A stretch of DNA of 39,654 bases, from positions 1 through 39,654 of the forward strand of contig JAKFYA010000251.1 of NCBI GenBank assembly GCA_021731095.1, in the 5' to 3' direction. Positions 16,136-28,823 of the stretch are shown in pieces; positions within the stretch are counted from its first letter, which is position 1; each line of letters begins with the position of its first letter. Position numbers and translations under genes: made by a program. The notes below the pieces were generated by a model. It worked only from the letters and a program-made list of their open reading frames with translations, was not told where the DNA came from and did no database searches. Source of the stretch: Acidobacteriota bacterium. GTDB taxonomy: Bacteria > Acidobacteriota > Vicinamibacteria > Vicinamibacterales > UBA2999.

Positions 16136-16941
16136 GCGCCCCAGCCGCCCTCACCATTGCCGGGAGCGACTCTGGCGGCGGAGCCGGGATTCAGGCCGAC
16201 CTGAAGACGTTCGCAGCCTTCGGCGTGCATGGCACCTCGGCCATCACGGCCATCACCGCGCAAAACACCTGGGGGGTGATCTCCGTCGAGCCGGTATCGA
16301 CCGACATGGTCACGGCTCAACTGGCTGCGCTGGCCGCGGACATCCGGATTGATGCGGCCAAGACCGGCATGCTCGCGACCGCAGCGATTGTGGACGCCGT
16401 TGCGGACGCGCTCGTACGACACCGCTTTCCCCATGTCGTCGTCGACCCGGTGCTGCGGGCGACCAGCGGCCGCTCCCTGCTGGATGGCGCCGGCGTGCCG
16501 GCCCTGATCAGCCGGCTGCTGCCACTCGCCACCGTCGTCACGCCGAACATTGCCGAAGCCGAGGCCCTGTCGGGGCGCGCCATCCAGACTCGGGACGAGC
16601 GCCGCGACGCCGCCAAAGCCATCAGCGCGCTGGGCGCCCGCGCGGTCATCATCACCGGCGGCCATCTGGACACGCCTGACATCACCGATCTGCTCTACGA
16701 CGGACGCACCTTCACGGAATTCCGGACCCCGCGCGTGGCCGGCCGGGGTACGCACGGCACGGGCTGCACCTTCTCGGCCGCCCTGACGGCCCTGCTCGCG
16801 CTGGGGCGCCCGCTGCTGCAGGCCGTGCCTGAGGCACAGGCCTATGTGGGCGGTGCGATTCGGGCGGGGCTGGAGATCGGCACCGGGAAATGTGGTCCGA
16901 TGGATCACACCTGGCGCTGGCGCGCTGAGGGCCGTTCCTAG
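16132..16941 (+). CDS. thiD: hydroxymethylpyrimidine / phosphomethylpyrimidine kinase
   Basis: LTIAGSDSGGGAGIQADLKT...GTHGTGCTFSAA motifs. ATGA overlap with the upstream gene. The track ORF from 15271 is an artefactual extension. Confidence 0.9.
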   Translation: MSAPAALTIAGSDSGGGAGIQADLKTFAAFGVHGTSAITAITAQNTWGVISVEPVSTDMVTAQLAALAADIRIDAAKTGMLATAAIVDAVADALVRHRFPHVVVDPVLRATSGRSLLDGAGVPALISRLLPLATVVTPNIAEAEALSGRAIQTRDERRDAAKAISALGARAVIITGGHLDTPDITDLLYDGRTFTEFRTPRVAGRGTHGTGCTFSAALTALLALGRPLLQAVPEAQAYVGGAIRAGLEIGTGKCGPMDHTWRWRAEGRS

Positions 16942-16986
16942 GGCATCGCGGACCCGTGCAACACGTCTGGCCGGTATACTGGGCCA

Positions 16987-17469
16987 GTGCCGGTTCCGCT
17001 TGTCGCCGTAACACCTGCCCCGCTGGATGCGACGGCCCTGGTGGCTGCCCTGTCCGAGGGCGGCAGTCGCGATGGCGCCGTCATCTCGTTCCTGGGGCTG
17101 GTCCGGAATCACAATCTCGGTCGCGCCGTGCGGTTTCTCGAGTACGAAGCCTACGAACCGCTGGCCGTTCGGGCACTTGAACAGATTGTGCAGGAAGTCT
17201 GTGACATCTGGGCCGACACGAGGCTGGCCCTGCATCACCGGACAGGCCGCCTGGACATTGGCGAGGCGAGCATCGTGATCGTGGCCGCGTCACCGCATCG
17301 CGGGGATGCCTTTGCGGCCTGCCGCTATGCCATCGAACGGGTGAAGCAGATGGTGCCGGTCTGGAAGCGCGAACACTTCGAGGGCGGCGATGTCTGGCTC
17401 GAGGGCGCCACCGTGCCGGCCGATGACGCGGAGGCGCGCGCGACCGCGCGGCGAATCGCATGCGGCTAA
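16987..17469 (+). CDS. moaE: molybdopterin synthase catalytic subunit
   Basis: ...FLGLVRN...EYEAY...HRTGRLDIGEASIVIVAASPHR...PVWKRE pattern. The GTG start lies 6 nt after TATACT (16975-16980). Confidence 0.85.
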   Translation: MPVPLVAVTPAPLDATALVAALSEGGSRDGAVISFLGLVRNHNLGRAVRFLEYEAYEPLAVRALEQIVQEVCDIWADTRLALHHRTGRLDIGEASIVIVAASPHRGDAFAACRYAIERVKQMVPVWKREHFEGGDVWLEGATVPADDAEARATARRIACG

Positions 17470-17701
17470 CGGTCCGCCTTTTTGCGCGGCTGCATGACCT
17501 GGCTGGCGCCAGCGAGCTGACACGCGAGGTGCCGGAACCGGCAACCGTGGCGGGGGTGTGGGCCGCGCTGGTGGCAGACTGCCCGGCGCTGGCCGCCTAC
17601 GAGCCGTCGATGTCGGTGGCCGTGAATGCCGAGTACGCACGGATGCAGGCAGCCGTGCAAGAGGGTGACGAGGTGGCGTTCATGCCACCTGTCTCTGGTG
17701 G

Positions 17702-17705
<4 letters not shown>
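17460..17705 (+). CDS. moaD: molybdopterin synthase sulfur-carrier subunit (MoaD/ThiS fold, C-terminal GG)
   Basis: 81 aa ending ...FMPPVSGG. Overlaps moaE by 10 nt. Confidence 0.8.
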
Positions 17706-18774
<1,069 letters not shown>

Positions 18775-18778
<4 letters not shown>

Positions 18779-19626
18779 CGTTGCACGACGCGCTCGTTGA
18801 CGCCAGAGGCCGCCTGACGCGTGCGGGCATCCGCGCCGACGAGGCTGCCATCGACGTTGAGGTCTATGCCTGCGCCATTCTGGGCTGGGACCGCGCGCGG
18901 CTCATTGCCGACCAGCGCGAGCCGGCGCCAGCGGCGCTCGAACCGACATTTTCGGGATGGGTGGCGCGACGCGAGCAGCGTGAGCCCACGGCCTACATCA
19001 CAGGCACCAAGGAGTTCTGGGGTCTGGACCTCACCGTGTCACCAGCCGTGCTCATCCCCAGGCCCGAATCCGAACTCATCGTCGAAGAAGCGCTGCGACT
19101 CGTACCGGCGAATCTGCCGCTGCGGCTGGCCGACGTCGGCACCGGCAGTGGCTGTCTGGCCCTCGCCATCGCGCACGACCGTCCACTGGTCACCGTGACC
19201 GCCACGGACATCTCGGCCGACGCGCTGTCCGTGGCAGCCACGAATGCGTCGCGGCTGGGGCTGGACGGACGGATCCGCTTTGTCTGCACGTCGTTCCTTG
19301 ACGGCGTCGAGGGTCCCTTCGACCTGATCGTGGCCAACCCACCCTACGTGAAGGACGGCGACCTCCCGGCCCTGTCACGGCAGGTGGCCGGCTACGAGCC
19401 GCACGTCGCCCTGTTCGGTGGCGCTGACGGGTTGACCGCGGTGTCGCAGGTGCTCGACGGCGCCGCCACACGTCTGGTGCCAGGAGGCTGGCTCATCATG
19501 GAGTTCGGCCTGGGTCAGGATGACGGTGTCTCCGCCCTCATCACCGCACACCCGGCCTTCCGGCTGGACCGGATCCTCGCCGACCTGCAGGGCATTCCCC
19601 GCACGGCCGTTGCCCAGCTCGTCTAG
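18775..19626 (+). CDS. prmC: release factor glutamine-N5 methyltransferase
   Basis: NPPY motif (IVANPPYV) and the SAM motif [13 protein letters not shown] overlap with prfA. Confidence 0.9.
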
Positions 19627-19708
19627 CGTCCCATTCCGGGCATTGGCCCACGACACGACACTTTCGTCGTCACGCCCCCGCGAGCGTCATGTCGCGCTAT
19701 TGTGATTT

Positions 19709-22360
19709 ATGGTCGAGGATCCGCATAAGCCCCTTCGGGATGACGTTCGACTGCTCGGGACCATCCTCGGGCAGACGCTCGAGGAACAGGGCGGCCCCCA
19801 GTTGCTGGACACCGTGGAACGGGTGCGTGCGCGGTCCAAGGGTGCCCGCGCCGGCGATTCCACGGAGTTTGAAACCCTGGCGGCCGACCTGGCCGGCATG
19901 CCTGTGGAAGCGGCCCTCCCCGTGGCCCGCGCCTTCGCCCATTTCCTGAACCTGGCCAACATCGCCGAGCAGCATCATCGGGGCCGACGACGCCGGGCAC
20001 ACCGGCAGACACCGGGCGCCGCCGCGCAGCGTGGCTCCTGCGAAGAGGTGTTCCAGCGCCTGGTCGCCGGCGGCCTGGCACCCGAGCGCCTGCACGACGC
20101 GGTCTGCGGCCTGCGCATCGAGCTGGTCCTCACCGCCCACCCTACGGAAGTCTCGCGCCGCACGCTGGCCGAGAAGCACAACCGGATTGCCACCCTGCTC
20201 GATGCACGGGATCGGTCGGACCTGACGCAGACCGAGCATGGCGACATCGTGGACGCCATTCGCCGGGAAGTCATGGCCGCCTGGGGCACCCGCGAAGTGC
20301 GCGACCACCAGCCAACGCCACTGGACGAAGTTCGCGGAGGCCTGGTCGTCTTCGAGCAGAGCCTGTGGCACGCCCTCCCGGTCTATCTTCGCGTCGTGGA
20401 CCGGGCGCTGCGCGCCACCACCGGACGAGGGCTGCCGATTGAGGTGGCGCCGATCCGCTTCGGGTCCTGGATTGGGGGCGACCGCGACGGCAACCCCCAT
20501 GTCACGCCCGAGGTCACACGCCGCGCCTGCCTGCTGTCGCGATGGGCGGCCGCCGATCTGTATCTCCGCGATATCGAAGCCCTGCGCAACGAACTCTCGC
20601 TGGCTGATGCCAGTCCTGCCCTCCGCGCCGTGGTCGGGGACGCGCCCGAGCCGTACCGCGAGCTGCTCCGCGGCGTCCGTGCCCGCATGGCCGCCACGCG
20701 CGCCTGGACCGAAGCGGCTCTCGACAGCGACCTCCCGCCAGACGAGTCGGTCTACCTCCACGCGGCCGACGTCGACGCGCCACTGCGGCTGTGTGACGAG
20801 TCGCTGCGCGCCACGCGACAGGGTTTCCTGGCAGACGGGCGACTCACCGACCTGCGCCGTCGCCTGGCTGCCTTTGGCCTGACGCTGGCCCGGCTCGATA
20901 TCCGGCAGGATGCGGCGCGCCACGCCGAGGCCCTGAGCGCCATCACCGGCGCCCTTGGCATGGGGCGCTACGAGGATTGGGACGAACCGGAGCGTCAGGC
21001 CTTCCTGCTGCGCGAGCTGGCCAGCCGACGCCCGCTCATTCCGCACGACCTGACGCCGTCTGGCACCGTGCGGGACACCCTTGAGACGTTCCGCATGCTC
21101 GCCCGCATCCCGGAGGGCTCGCTGGGCGCGTACGTCATCACGATGACCAGCCGGGCGTCTGACGTGCTGGCCGTCGAGCTGCTGCAGAAGGCGTGCGGGG
21201 TGTCGTCCCCGCTTCGCAGCGTGCCCCTGCTCGAAACGTCACGCGATCTCGGCAATGCGGGTCCGATTCTCGAATCGCTGCTGTCCGTCCCCTGGTACCG
21301 GGGCCGCATCGCCGGGCGACAGGAAGTGATGGTCGGCTACTCCGACTCGGCCAAGGATGTCGGCCGCTTCGCTGCGGGGTGGGACCTGTATCGTGCCCAG
21401 GAAGCGATTGTCGCCGCGTGCGCGCGACAGGGCGTGCGCGTCACGCTGTTCCACGGTCGCGGAGGCAGCGTCGGGCGAGGCGGCGGCCCGACACACCTGG
21501 CCATCATGTCGCAGCCCGCCGGTTCGATCGACGGCACGATTCGCGTCACCGAGCAGGGCGAGATGCTGCAGGCGCTCTTCGGCCTGCCGGAGATTGCCCT
21601 GCGGACGCTGGAGGTCTACACCAGCGGCACCCTGGAGGCGTGGCTGTCCCCAGTGCCGGAACCACAGCCCCACTGGCGCGCGTCGATGGATCGCCTGCGG
21701 GATGTCGCCCGTACCACGTATCGCTCGCTGGTCTACGACGATCCCCGTTTCATCAACTACTTCCGGTGTGCGACGCCCCAGGCTGAACTGGCCGAGATGA
21801 ACATCGGCAGCCGCCCGGCCAGGCGGGCTCCCGGCGGACCCAGCGGCGACGTCACCGGCCTGCGTGCCATCCCGTGGCAGTTTGCGTGGACGCAGACGCG
21901 GCTGATGCTGGGCGCGTGGCTCGGGCTGGAAGCCGCGCTGGCCGATGCGTTTGCCAGAGGCGAGCGGGACCAGATCTGCGAGATGTATCGCGACTGGCCT
22001 CACTTCCGGAGCGCCATCGACCTGATCGAGATGGTGCTGGCGAAGGCCGACGCGCGGATCGCGGCCGAGTACGATCGGCGTCTCGTGCCGCCAGAGCTGC
22101 AGCCGCTCGGCATCGAGCTCCGCGAGCGTCTGGCACAGGCGATTGCACGGGTGCTCGAGGTGACCGGCCATCAGGTGCCGCTGGAGTCAACGCCCGTGCT
22201 CCGGCGCTCCATCGACGTGCGGAACCCCTATGTGGACCCGATCAATCTGGTGCAGATCGAGCTGCTCCACCGGGCCAGGCAACAGGATGACGATCGCGTG
22301 ATACCAGCGCTGCTGGTGACCATCAACGGTATTGCCGCAGGGATGCGCAATACGGGGTAG
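19709..22360 (+). CDS. ppc: phosphoenolpyruvate carboxylase (883 aa)
   Basis: VLTAHPTE, GYSDSAKD, FHGRGGSVGRGGGP and the C-terminal ...GMRNTG. Confidence 0.95.
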   Translation: MVEDPHKPLRDDVRLLGTILGQTLEEQGGPQLLDTVERVRARSKGARAGDSTEFETLAADLAGMPVEAALPVARAFAHFLNLANIAEQHHRGRRRRAHRQTPGAAAQRGSCEEVFQRLVAGGLAPERLHDAVCGLRIELVLTAHPTEVSRRTLAEKHNRIATLLDARDRSDLTQTEHGDIVDAIRREVMAAWGTREVRDHQPTPLDEVRGGLVVFEQSLWHALPVYLRVVDRALRATTGRGLPIEVAPIRFGSWIGGDRDGNPHVTPEVTRRACLLSRWAAADLYLRDIEALRNELSLADASPALRAVVGDAPEPYRELLRGVRARMAATRAWTEAALDSDLPPDESVYLHAADVDAPLRLCDESLRATRQGFLADGRLTDLRRRLAAFGLTLARLDIRQDAARHAEALSAITGALGMGRYEDWDEPERQAFLLRELASRRPLIPHDLTPSGTVRDTLETFRMLARIPEGSLGAYVITMTSRASDVLAVELLQKACGVSSPLRSVPLLETSRDLGNAGPILESLLSVPWYRGRIAGRQEVMVGYSDSAKDVGRFAAGWDLYRAQEAIVAACARQGVRVTLFHGRGGSVGRGGGPTHLAIMSQPAGSIDGTIRVTEQGEMLQALFGLPEIALRTLEVYTSGTLEAWLSPVPEPQPHWRASMDRLRDVARTTYRSLVYDDPRFINYFRCATPQAELAEMNIGSRPARRAPGGPSGDVTGLRAIPWQFAWTQTRLMLGAWLGLEAALADAFARGERDQICEMYRDWPHFRSAIDLIEMVLAKADARIAAEYDRRLVPPELQPLGIELRERLAQAIARVLEVTGHQVPLESTPVLRRSIDVRNPYVDPINLVQIELLHRARQQDDDRVIPALLVTINGIAAGMRNTG

Positions 22361-22381
22361 CGCTCGCCGCTGAAGGTCAGG

Positions 22382-22861
22382 TCAGGCCAGTTCGCGCGTC
22401 ATCTCCACCATCGTCCGGCGGAAGCCGAGGCGGGTGAAGAGCTGCTGGGCGCCCGGGTTCTTCTCGGCCGTCCAGAGCATGACGCGCTTCACCTGACGGG
22501 AGCGGAACCACGACAGCGCCGCATCAATCAGCACCTGGGCCACGCCCGCGCCACGGCGGTTCTGGACCACGGCCACATCGTGAATGAAACCCGCTTCATG
22601 CCGGAGCTCGGTCCAGGACAGCGGCTCGATGCTGGCATAGACATAACCCAGCACTTCGTTTTCGCGCTCGGCAATGAGCAGCGCCACGTTGTCCTTGCCA
22701 ATCTGCTCGGCCAGAAAGGCATTGAAGCCGACCTCCGCTTCCTCCGTCGCTTCGACAAAACGGCTGTTGTCGAAGTCGTGATGGCTGCGCAGCAGAATGG
22801 CGCTCAGGCGCCTGAGCGTCGGCAGGTCAGCCTCTGTGGCCGGCCGTATGTCCGTTGTCAC
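22382..22861 (-). CDS. GNAT-family N-acetyltransferase (159 aa)
   Basis: VQNRRGAGVAQVLI...LFTRLGF motif A region. GTG 22861 is preceded by GGAGGA. The upstream 184 codons of the track ORF overlap the HIT gene and look non-coding. Confidence 0.75.
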   Translation of the reverse strand: MTTDIRPATEADLPTLRRLSAILLRSHHDFDNSRFVEATEEAEVGFNAFLAEQIGKDNVALLIAERENEVLGYVYASIEPLSWTELRHEAGFIHDVAVVQNRRGAGVAQVLIDAALSWFRSRQVKRVMLWTAEKNPGAQQLFTRLGFRRTMVEMTRELA

Positions 22862-22912
22862 GCGTGTCCTCCGAACCCCGGTTGCCAGGCGACGCGGTAG
22901 AATCGCGAGCAC

Positions 22913-23257
22913 ATGAGCAACTGTCTCTTTTGCCGGATCGCCAGCGGCGAAATCCCAAGCGCCATTGTGCACCAAGATGACGCATTGGTTGCGTTCAAAG
23001 ACATCACCCCGCAGGCGCCGCTGCACATTCTTATCGTGCCGCGCCGCCACATCGCGACCCTGAACGACCTGACGCCGGACGACGATGCGCTGGTTGGTTC
23101 GATGGCCCGCCTGGCCGCGGGTCTGGCGCGCGAGCACGGCTACGACGCGCGAGGGTTCCGGACGGTGGTCAACTGCAACGCCGACGCCGGGCAGACCGTG
23201 TTCCACCTGCACATGCATCTGCTGGCGGGGCGCGGCCTGAGTTGGCCACCAGGCTGA
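22913..23257 (+). CDS. HIT-family (histidine triad, Hint-like) protein
   Basis: CLFCRI...AP.HILIVPRRH...VFHLHMHLL histidine triad. Confidence 0.9.
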   Translation: MSNCLFCRIASGEIPSAIVHQDDALVAFKDITPQAPLHILIVPRRHIATLNDLTPDDDALVGSMARLAAGLAREHGYDARGFRTVVNCNADAGQTVFHLHMHLLAGRGLSWPPG

Positions 23258-23294
23258 GCGGGCCGCACCGCGGCGACACGGCCGTCGCATATGA

Positions 23295-24662
<1,368 letters not shown>

Positions 24663-24665
24663 CCC

Positions 24666-25094
24666 ATGAAGGTCAAGATGACCCTCGTCGGACTGTTCCT
24701 GGCCTTCCTCGTCATCCAGTGGTATCCGTACGCCCACGATCACAAGAATCCGCGGGTCGTGGCTGAACCGGCGTGGGACTCCCCCATCACGCGTGAACTG
24801 GCCCGCCGCGCCTGCTTCGATTGCCACAGCAACGAAACGGTGTGGCCCGTCTACGCGCGCTTCGCGCCTGTCTCCTGGCTGGTTTACCACGACGTGATGG
24901 AGGGCCGGGAGAAGCTGAACTTCTCGGAGTGGAACAGGCCACACAAGGAAGCGGGCAAGTCTGCCGACGAAATCCGCGAAGGCGAGATGCCGATGCCGCT
25001 CTATCTGCTCATGCACAGCTCGGCCAAGCTGAATGCGGCCGAGCAGCAGGCGCTCATCTCCGGCCTCGAGAAGACGCTCGGCACCGGCAAGTAG
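24666..25094 (+). CDS. haem-binding-domain protein (single CxxCH, membrane anchored)
   Basis: N-terminal TM helix, a CFDCH haem c motif, and a ...SEW...EGEMP... pattern like the Haem_bd family. Confidence 0.7.
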   Translation: MKVKMTLVGLFLAFLVIQWYPYAHDHKNPRVVAEPAWDSPITRELARRACFDCHSNETVWPVYARFAPVSWLVYHDVMEGREKLNFSEWNRPHKEAGKSADEIREGEMPMPLYLLMHSSAKLNAAEQQALISGLEKTLGTGK

Positions 25095-25182
25095 GCACAA
25101 CACCGCGCTCCAGGTCCCATGACAGGCCTGGATGTCAGCACCAGCTCAGTTCAGATGTGTGGGAGAGGTGTGGCCAGTCGCG

Positions 25183-25212
25183 CCGACCCGGACTTCGAGA
25201 ACTCCGGGTCGG
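25183..25212. terminator. 10-bp-stem hairpin (CCGACCCGGA / TCCGGGTCGG, 10-nt loop) between convergent genes
   Basis: Read directly. Lies between the stop of 24666-25094 (+) and the stop of 25311-25511 (-). Confidence 0.45.
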
Positions 25213-25310
25213 ACACACTGGTACCCGCGCGGCACCGAGATGTCCGATGTCAGCGGAAAAACGGCGCGGAAGAGCCCGGTTGGACCCGGACGCGCCTCTT
25301 GAGGGGAGAA

Positions 25311-25511
25311 CTACTCGGGCTTGACGTTCTCGGCGCGCGGGCCCTTGGGACCACGACCCACATCGAACGTCACCGACTGACCTTCACGCATCTCATCGAA
25401 CCGCACAACCACACAGGCCGACTGATGAAAGAAGTACTCGTTGCCGTCGCCGGACTCAATGAAGCCGAATCCCTTATCACGAATCATGCGCTTGATCTTG
25501 CCGTTTGCCAT
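25311..25511 (-). CDS. cold-shock domain protein (CspA family, 66 aa)
   Basis: KGFGFI and YFFH motifs. Confidence 0.9.
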   Translation of the reverse strand: MANGKIKRMIRDKGFGFIESGDGNEYFFHQSACVVVRFDEMREGQSVTFDVGRGPKGPRAENVKPE

Positions 25512-25627
25512 CGAAGCTCTCCAAGACTATGTCGTACGCCTACGGTACTGTAGCGCGGGCCGGGTCCTAAAGCACGCAATAAAGGCAAGCAGCCGTTGAT
25601 GGCATCATGTGGGGCGAGGAGCCGTCC

Positions 25628-27028
25628 ATGTTCACCCGTTCGCATCTGCGCGCGCTGACCGCCACGTTCTGTCTCGGGATTGTCCTGCTGTCGACCGGAG
25701 TCTCGGCACAGTCACCCACGCCGGTCGCCCCCCCCAAGAACAAGTACAAGCCGGCTGACGACGTCCGCCTGGGACGCGAGGCCGCCCAGGAGATCCTGAA
25801 GCAGACGCCGCTCCTCACCGACGCGTCTCTGCACGGCTACCTCGAACAGCTCGGCCGGCGCCTGGTGGGCGTGATTCCGGTCCCGCTCCAGCAGAAGGAG
25901 TTCGTGTACACCTTCGACGTGGCGGACATGGCCGACCTGAACGCCTTTGCCCTGCCAGGCGGACCGATGTTCGTCCACCGCGGCATCATGAAGGCCTCGA
26001 AGAACGAGGGCGAGCTGATTGGCGTGATGGCGCACGAGCTGAGCCACGTCATCCTCCGCCACGGCACGGCGCAGCAGACCAAGGCCGAAAAGTTCCAGCT
26101 TGGCGCACTCGCCGGGCAGGTCATTGGCTCGGTGGTCGGAGGTGCGGCCGGCAGTCTCATCGCGCAGGGCTCGAGCTTCGGCGTCAATACCTACTTCATG
26201 AAGTTCAGCCGCGACCACGAAAAGCAGGCCGACATTCTCGGCGCGCAGCTGATGGCGAAGGCCGGCTACGACCCGCGCGACATGGCGTCCATGTTCCGCA
26301 CACTCGAAAAGGAAGGCGGCCCGAGTGGCCCGCAGTGGCTGAGCAGCCACCCCAACCCAGGGAATCGCGCCGTCTACATCACGGCAGAGGCACAGGCCCT
26401 GAAGGTCGCCGAGGGGTTGCGACCCAACGCCGCGGCCTTCGCAGCCATGCAGACCCGGCTTGCGTCGCTCCCGCCAGCGGCCGGGCCCAGAAAGGCCGCC
26501 GCTGCGCCCGCCGCGACAACTTCACCCAGACCTGCCACCTCCATCGAGCCGCCATCGTCGCAGTTCCGCGGCTATCGGGCGCCGTCGGGCCTGCAGATCA
26601 GCGTGCCGGCCAACTGGCAGCCGCCAGCCGGCGGCTCCGCCCTGATGTTCGCCCCACAAGGCGCGTTCTATCAGCAGGGCAACAGCACGGGCTTCACCCA
26701 CGGTGTCGAGGCTGGCATTTCGACCAGCCAGAACGCGGATCTCCAGCGCGACACACAGGCCTTGCTGCAGGGACTGATGCAGACCAACCCGAAGCTGCGG
26801 CTCAACGGCGGCTACCAGTCCACGGCAGTCGGTGGACGACCGGGCCTGGCGGCGACCCTGTCGAACCTGTCAGAGGTGACCGGGCAGCCGGAGTACATCG
26901 CGGTCTTCACGACGCGCCTCCGCGACGGGAACCTGTTCTACCTGATCGGCGTGGCGCCCGACGCCCAGGCTGGTCAGTATGTCGATGCGTTCGCCCGGGT
27001 GCGCACGTCGCTGAAACTCAACGACTGA
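25628..27028 (+). CDS. secreted M48-family zinc metallopeptidase with uncharacterised C-terminal domain
   Basis: Signal peptide MFTRSHLRALTATFCLGIVLLSTGVSAQ and the HELSH zinc motif in GVMAHELSHVILRHG. Confidence 0.85.
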   Translation: MFTRSHLRALTATFCLGIVLLSTGVSAQSPTPVAPPKNKYKPADDVRLGREAAQEILKQTPLLTDASLHGYLEQLGRRLVGVIPVPLQQKEFVYTFDVADMADLNAFALPGGPMFVHRGIMKASKNEGELIGVMAHELSHVILRHGTAQQTKAEKFQLGALAGQVIGSVVGGAAGSLIAQGSSFGVNTYFMKFSRDHEKQADILGAQLMAKAGYDPRDMASMFRTLEKEGGPSGPQWLSSHPNPGNRAVYITAEAQALKVAEGLRPNAAAFAAMQTRLASLPPAAGPRKAAAAPAATTSPRPATSIEPPSSQFRGYRAPSGLQISVPANWQPPAGGSALMFAPQGAFYQQGNSTGFTHGVEAGISTSQNADLQRDTQALLQGLMQTNPKLRLNGGYQSTAVGGRPGLAATLSNLSEVTGQPEYIAVFTTRLRDGNLFYLIGVAPDAQAGQYVDAFARVRTSLKLND

Positions 27029-28823
27029 CCACCGGGCTCCCAGCCGGAACGCCGGCCGGAAGGGTCGCCCGGGCTGGCACCGGGCGGCGCTCGCCGATCT
27101 GCTGGCGCCACATCGCGTAGTAGAGACCCTTCTGCTCGAGCAGGGCCGCATGGCTGCCCGACTCAATGACCCTGCCCTGCTCCAGGACGAAGATCCGGTC
27201 GGCGTGCATGATGGTCGACAGTCGGTGCGCGATGAGGATGGTCATCACGTCCTGACTGGCGGCCACTTCGCGGATGGTGGCGCCAATCTCTTCCTCCGTC
27301 AGCGAATCGAGCGACGACGTCGCCTCGTCGAAGACCAGCAGGTGCGGGTGCCGCAGCAGCGCCCGCGCAATCGAGAGGCGCTGTTTCTCGCCTCCCGACA
27401 CCTTGACGCCGCCTTCGCCAATCACCGTGTCTAGTCCCTGACTCGCCCGCGCGAGCAGCGTGTCACAGGCCGCCTTGCGGAGCACCGCCAGGCAGTCCTC
27501 GTCGGTGGCAGTGGGATTCACGAACAGCAGGTTCTCCCGGATGCTCCCGGCAAACAGCTGGGTGTCCTGGGTGACGAAGCCGATGCGCTCGCGCAACTGG
27601 TTCAGGTCCACGGTCGCCGCGTCGTGGCCGTTGTAGAGAATGCGCCCGGCCTGGGCCGGATAGAGCCCCACCAGCAATTTGACCAGCGTCGTCTTGCCTG
27701 CCCCTGACGGGCCGACAAACGCCACCGTATCTCCCTGACGCAGGTCGAACGAGATGTCGGTCAGCGCCGGAGACGATGCCGTCTGATGGGTGAAGCCGAC
27801 ACCCTGGAACGCCAGCGTCCGGAGTTCCGGCACCGCCGCGGGGTTGTCCGGCCGCGGCTCGACCGGCATGGCCAGAATGTCCTCGAAGTTCTTCAGCGAC
27901 ACTTCGGCTTCGCGGTAGATGTTGATGATGTTGCCCAGCTCCTGCAGCGGGCCGAAGATGAAGAACGAGTAGATGAACAGCGAGAAGAACTGGCCGACGG
28001 TGATCTCCCGGGCAAAGATCAGATAGAGCATCAGGAACAGGATGCTCGTGCGCAGGAAATTGACAGTGGTGCCCTGAATGAAGCTGAGGCTGCGGATGTA
28101 GCGCACCTTCTTCAGCTCAAGCTGGAGAATCCGGTCCGTGGTGGTATTGAGCCGGGCAATCTCCTGCGCCGCCAGGCCCAGGCTCTTCACCAGCTCGATG
28201 TTCCGGAGCGACTCGGTGGTGGACCCGGCCAGCGCGGTCGTCTCGGCCACGATGACCTTCTGGATCGTCTTGATCTTCCGGCTCAGCACGGAGCTCAGCA
28301 CGCCCAGCACCGGCACGGTGAGGAAGTACACCGGCGCGATGGCCCAGTGCACCGTGAAGGCATAGCTCACGACGAAGATGATGCCCACCAGCGAGGTGAA
28401 GAGGATGCTGATGGACGCGGCAATCAGCTTCTCGACATCAGCCCGCACCTTCTGGAGCTTGCCCAGGGTTTCTCCGCTCCGCTGGTCCTCGAACACCGCA
28501 TAGGGCAGCTCGAGCGAGTGGCTGATGCCATCCGAATAGATCCGGGCCCCGATCCGCTGCGTGATGACGTTGATGAAGTAGTCCTGGAAGTTCTTGGCCA
28601 CGCGTGACACGAAGGCCACGCCGACCGCCGCCGCCAGCAGCAGGCTGACGCCCCGGAAGAAGTCACGGGTCGAATACTGGTCGAAGCGGGTGGCGTACTC
28701 GTCGATGACGTGCCTGAAGATCAGCGGGTCAAGCAGCGAGAAGACCTGGTTGATGGCCGCCAGGACCAGCGCCAGCGTCACCAGGCGCCAGTAGTCCTTC
28801 AGATAGGCGAGCAGCAGTCTCAT
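27018..28823 (-). CDS. ABC exporter half-transporter (fused TMD-NBD, MsbA-like topology), 601 aa
   Basis: Six-helix TMD followed by GPSGAGKTT, VSGGEKQRLSIARAL, LLVFDEATSSLD and IAHRLST. ATG 28823 (MRLLLAYLKDYW); the track ORF extension to 29654 is rejected. Confidence 0.9.
   Translation of the reverse strand: MRLLLAYLKDYWRLVTLALVLAAINQVFSLLDPLIFRHVIDEYATRFDQYSTRDFFRGVSLLLAAAVGVAFVSRVAKNFQDYFINVITQRIGARIYSDGISHSLELPYAVFEDQRSGETLGKLQKVRADVEKLIAASISILFTSLVGIIFVVSYAFTVHWAIAPVYFLTVPVLGVLSSVLSRKIKTIQKVIVAETTALAGSTTESLRNIELVKSLGLAAQEIARLNTTTDRILQLELKKVRYIRSLSFIQGTTVNFLRTSILFLMLYLIFAREITVGQFFSLFIYSFFIFGPLQELGNIINIYREAEVSLKNFEDILAMPVEPRPDNPAAVPELRTLAFQGVGFTHQTASSPALTDISFDLRQGDTVAFVGPSGAGKTTLVKLLVGLYPAQAGRILYNGHDAATVDLNQLRERIGFVTQDTQLFAGSIRENLLFVNPTATDEDCLAVLRKAACDTLLARASQGLDTVIGEGGVKVSGGEKQRLSIARALLRHPHLLVFDEATSSLDSLTEEEIGATIREVAASQDVMTILIAHRLSTIMHADRIFVLEQGRVIESGSHAALLEQKGLYYAMWRQQIGERRPVPARATLPAGVPAGSPVVSR

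Noticed and set aside
19697-21046. 449-aa reverse-strand ORF inside ppc. Similar long antisense ORFs occur at 23169-25103 (644 aa, opposite argG), 30860-33202 (780 aa, opposite the second ABC gene), 34425-35915, 36196-37557, 16087-17238, 17768-18775 and 1881-3077.
   Set aside because: These are typical shadow ORFs of a GC-rich genome. Their translations are Arg/Gly/Ala/Pro-rich with no motifs, while the opposite strand in each case encodes a protein with unmistakable family signatures.
25119-25553. 144-aa plus-strand ORF in the region between the haem-binding gene and the second csp.
   Set aside because: It overlaps the well-supported reverse-strand cold-shock gene, has no motifs, and spans the hairpin terminator. 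It is most likely non-coding.
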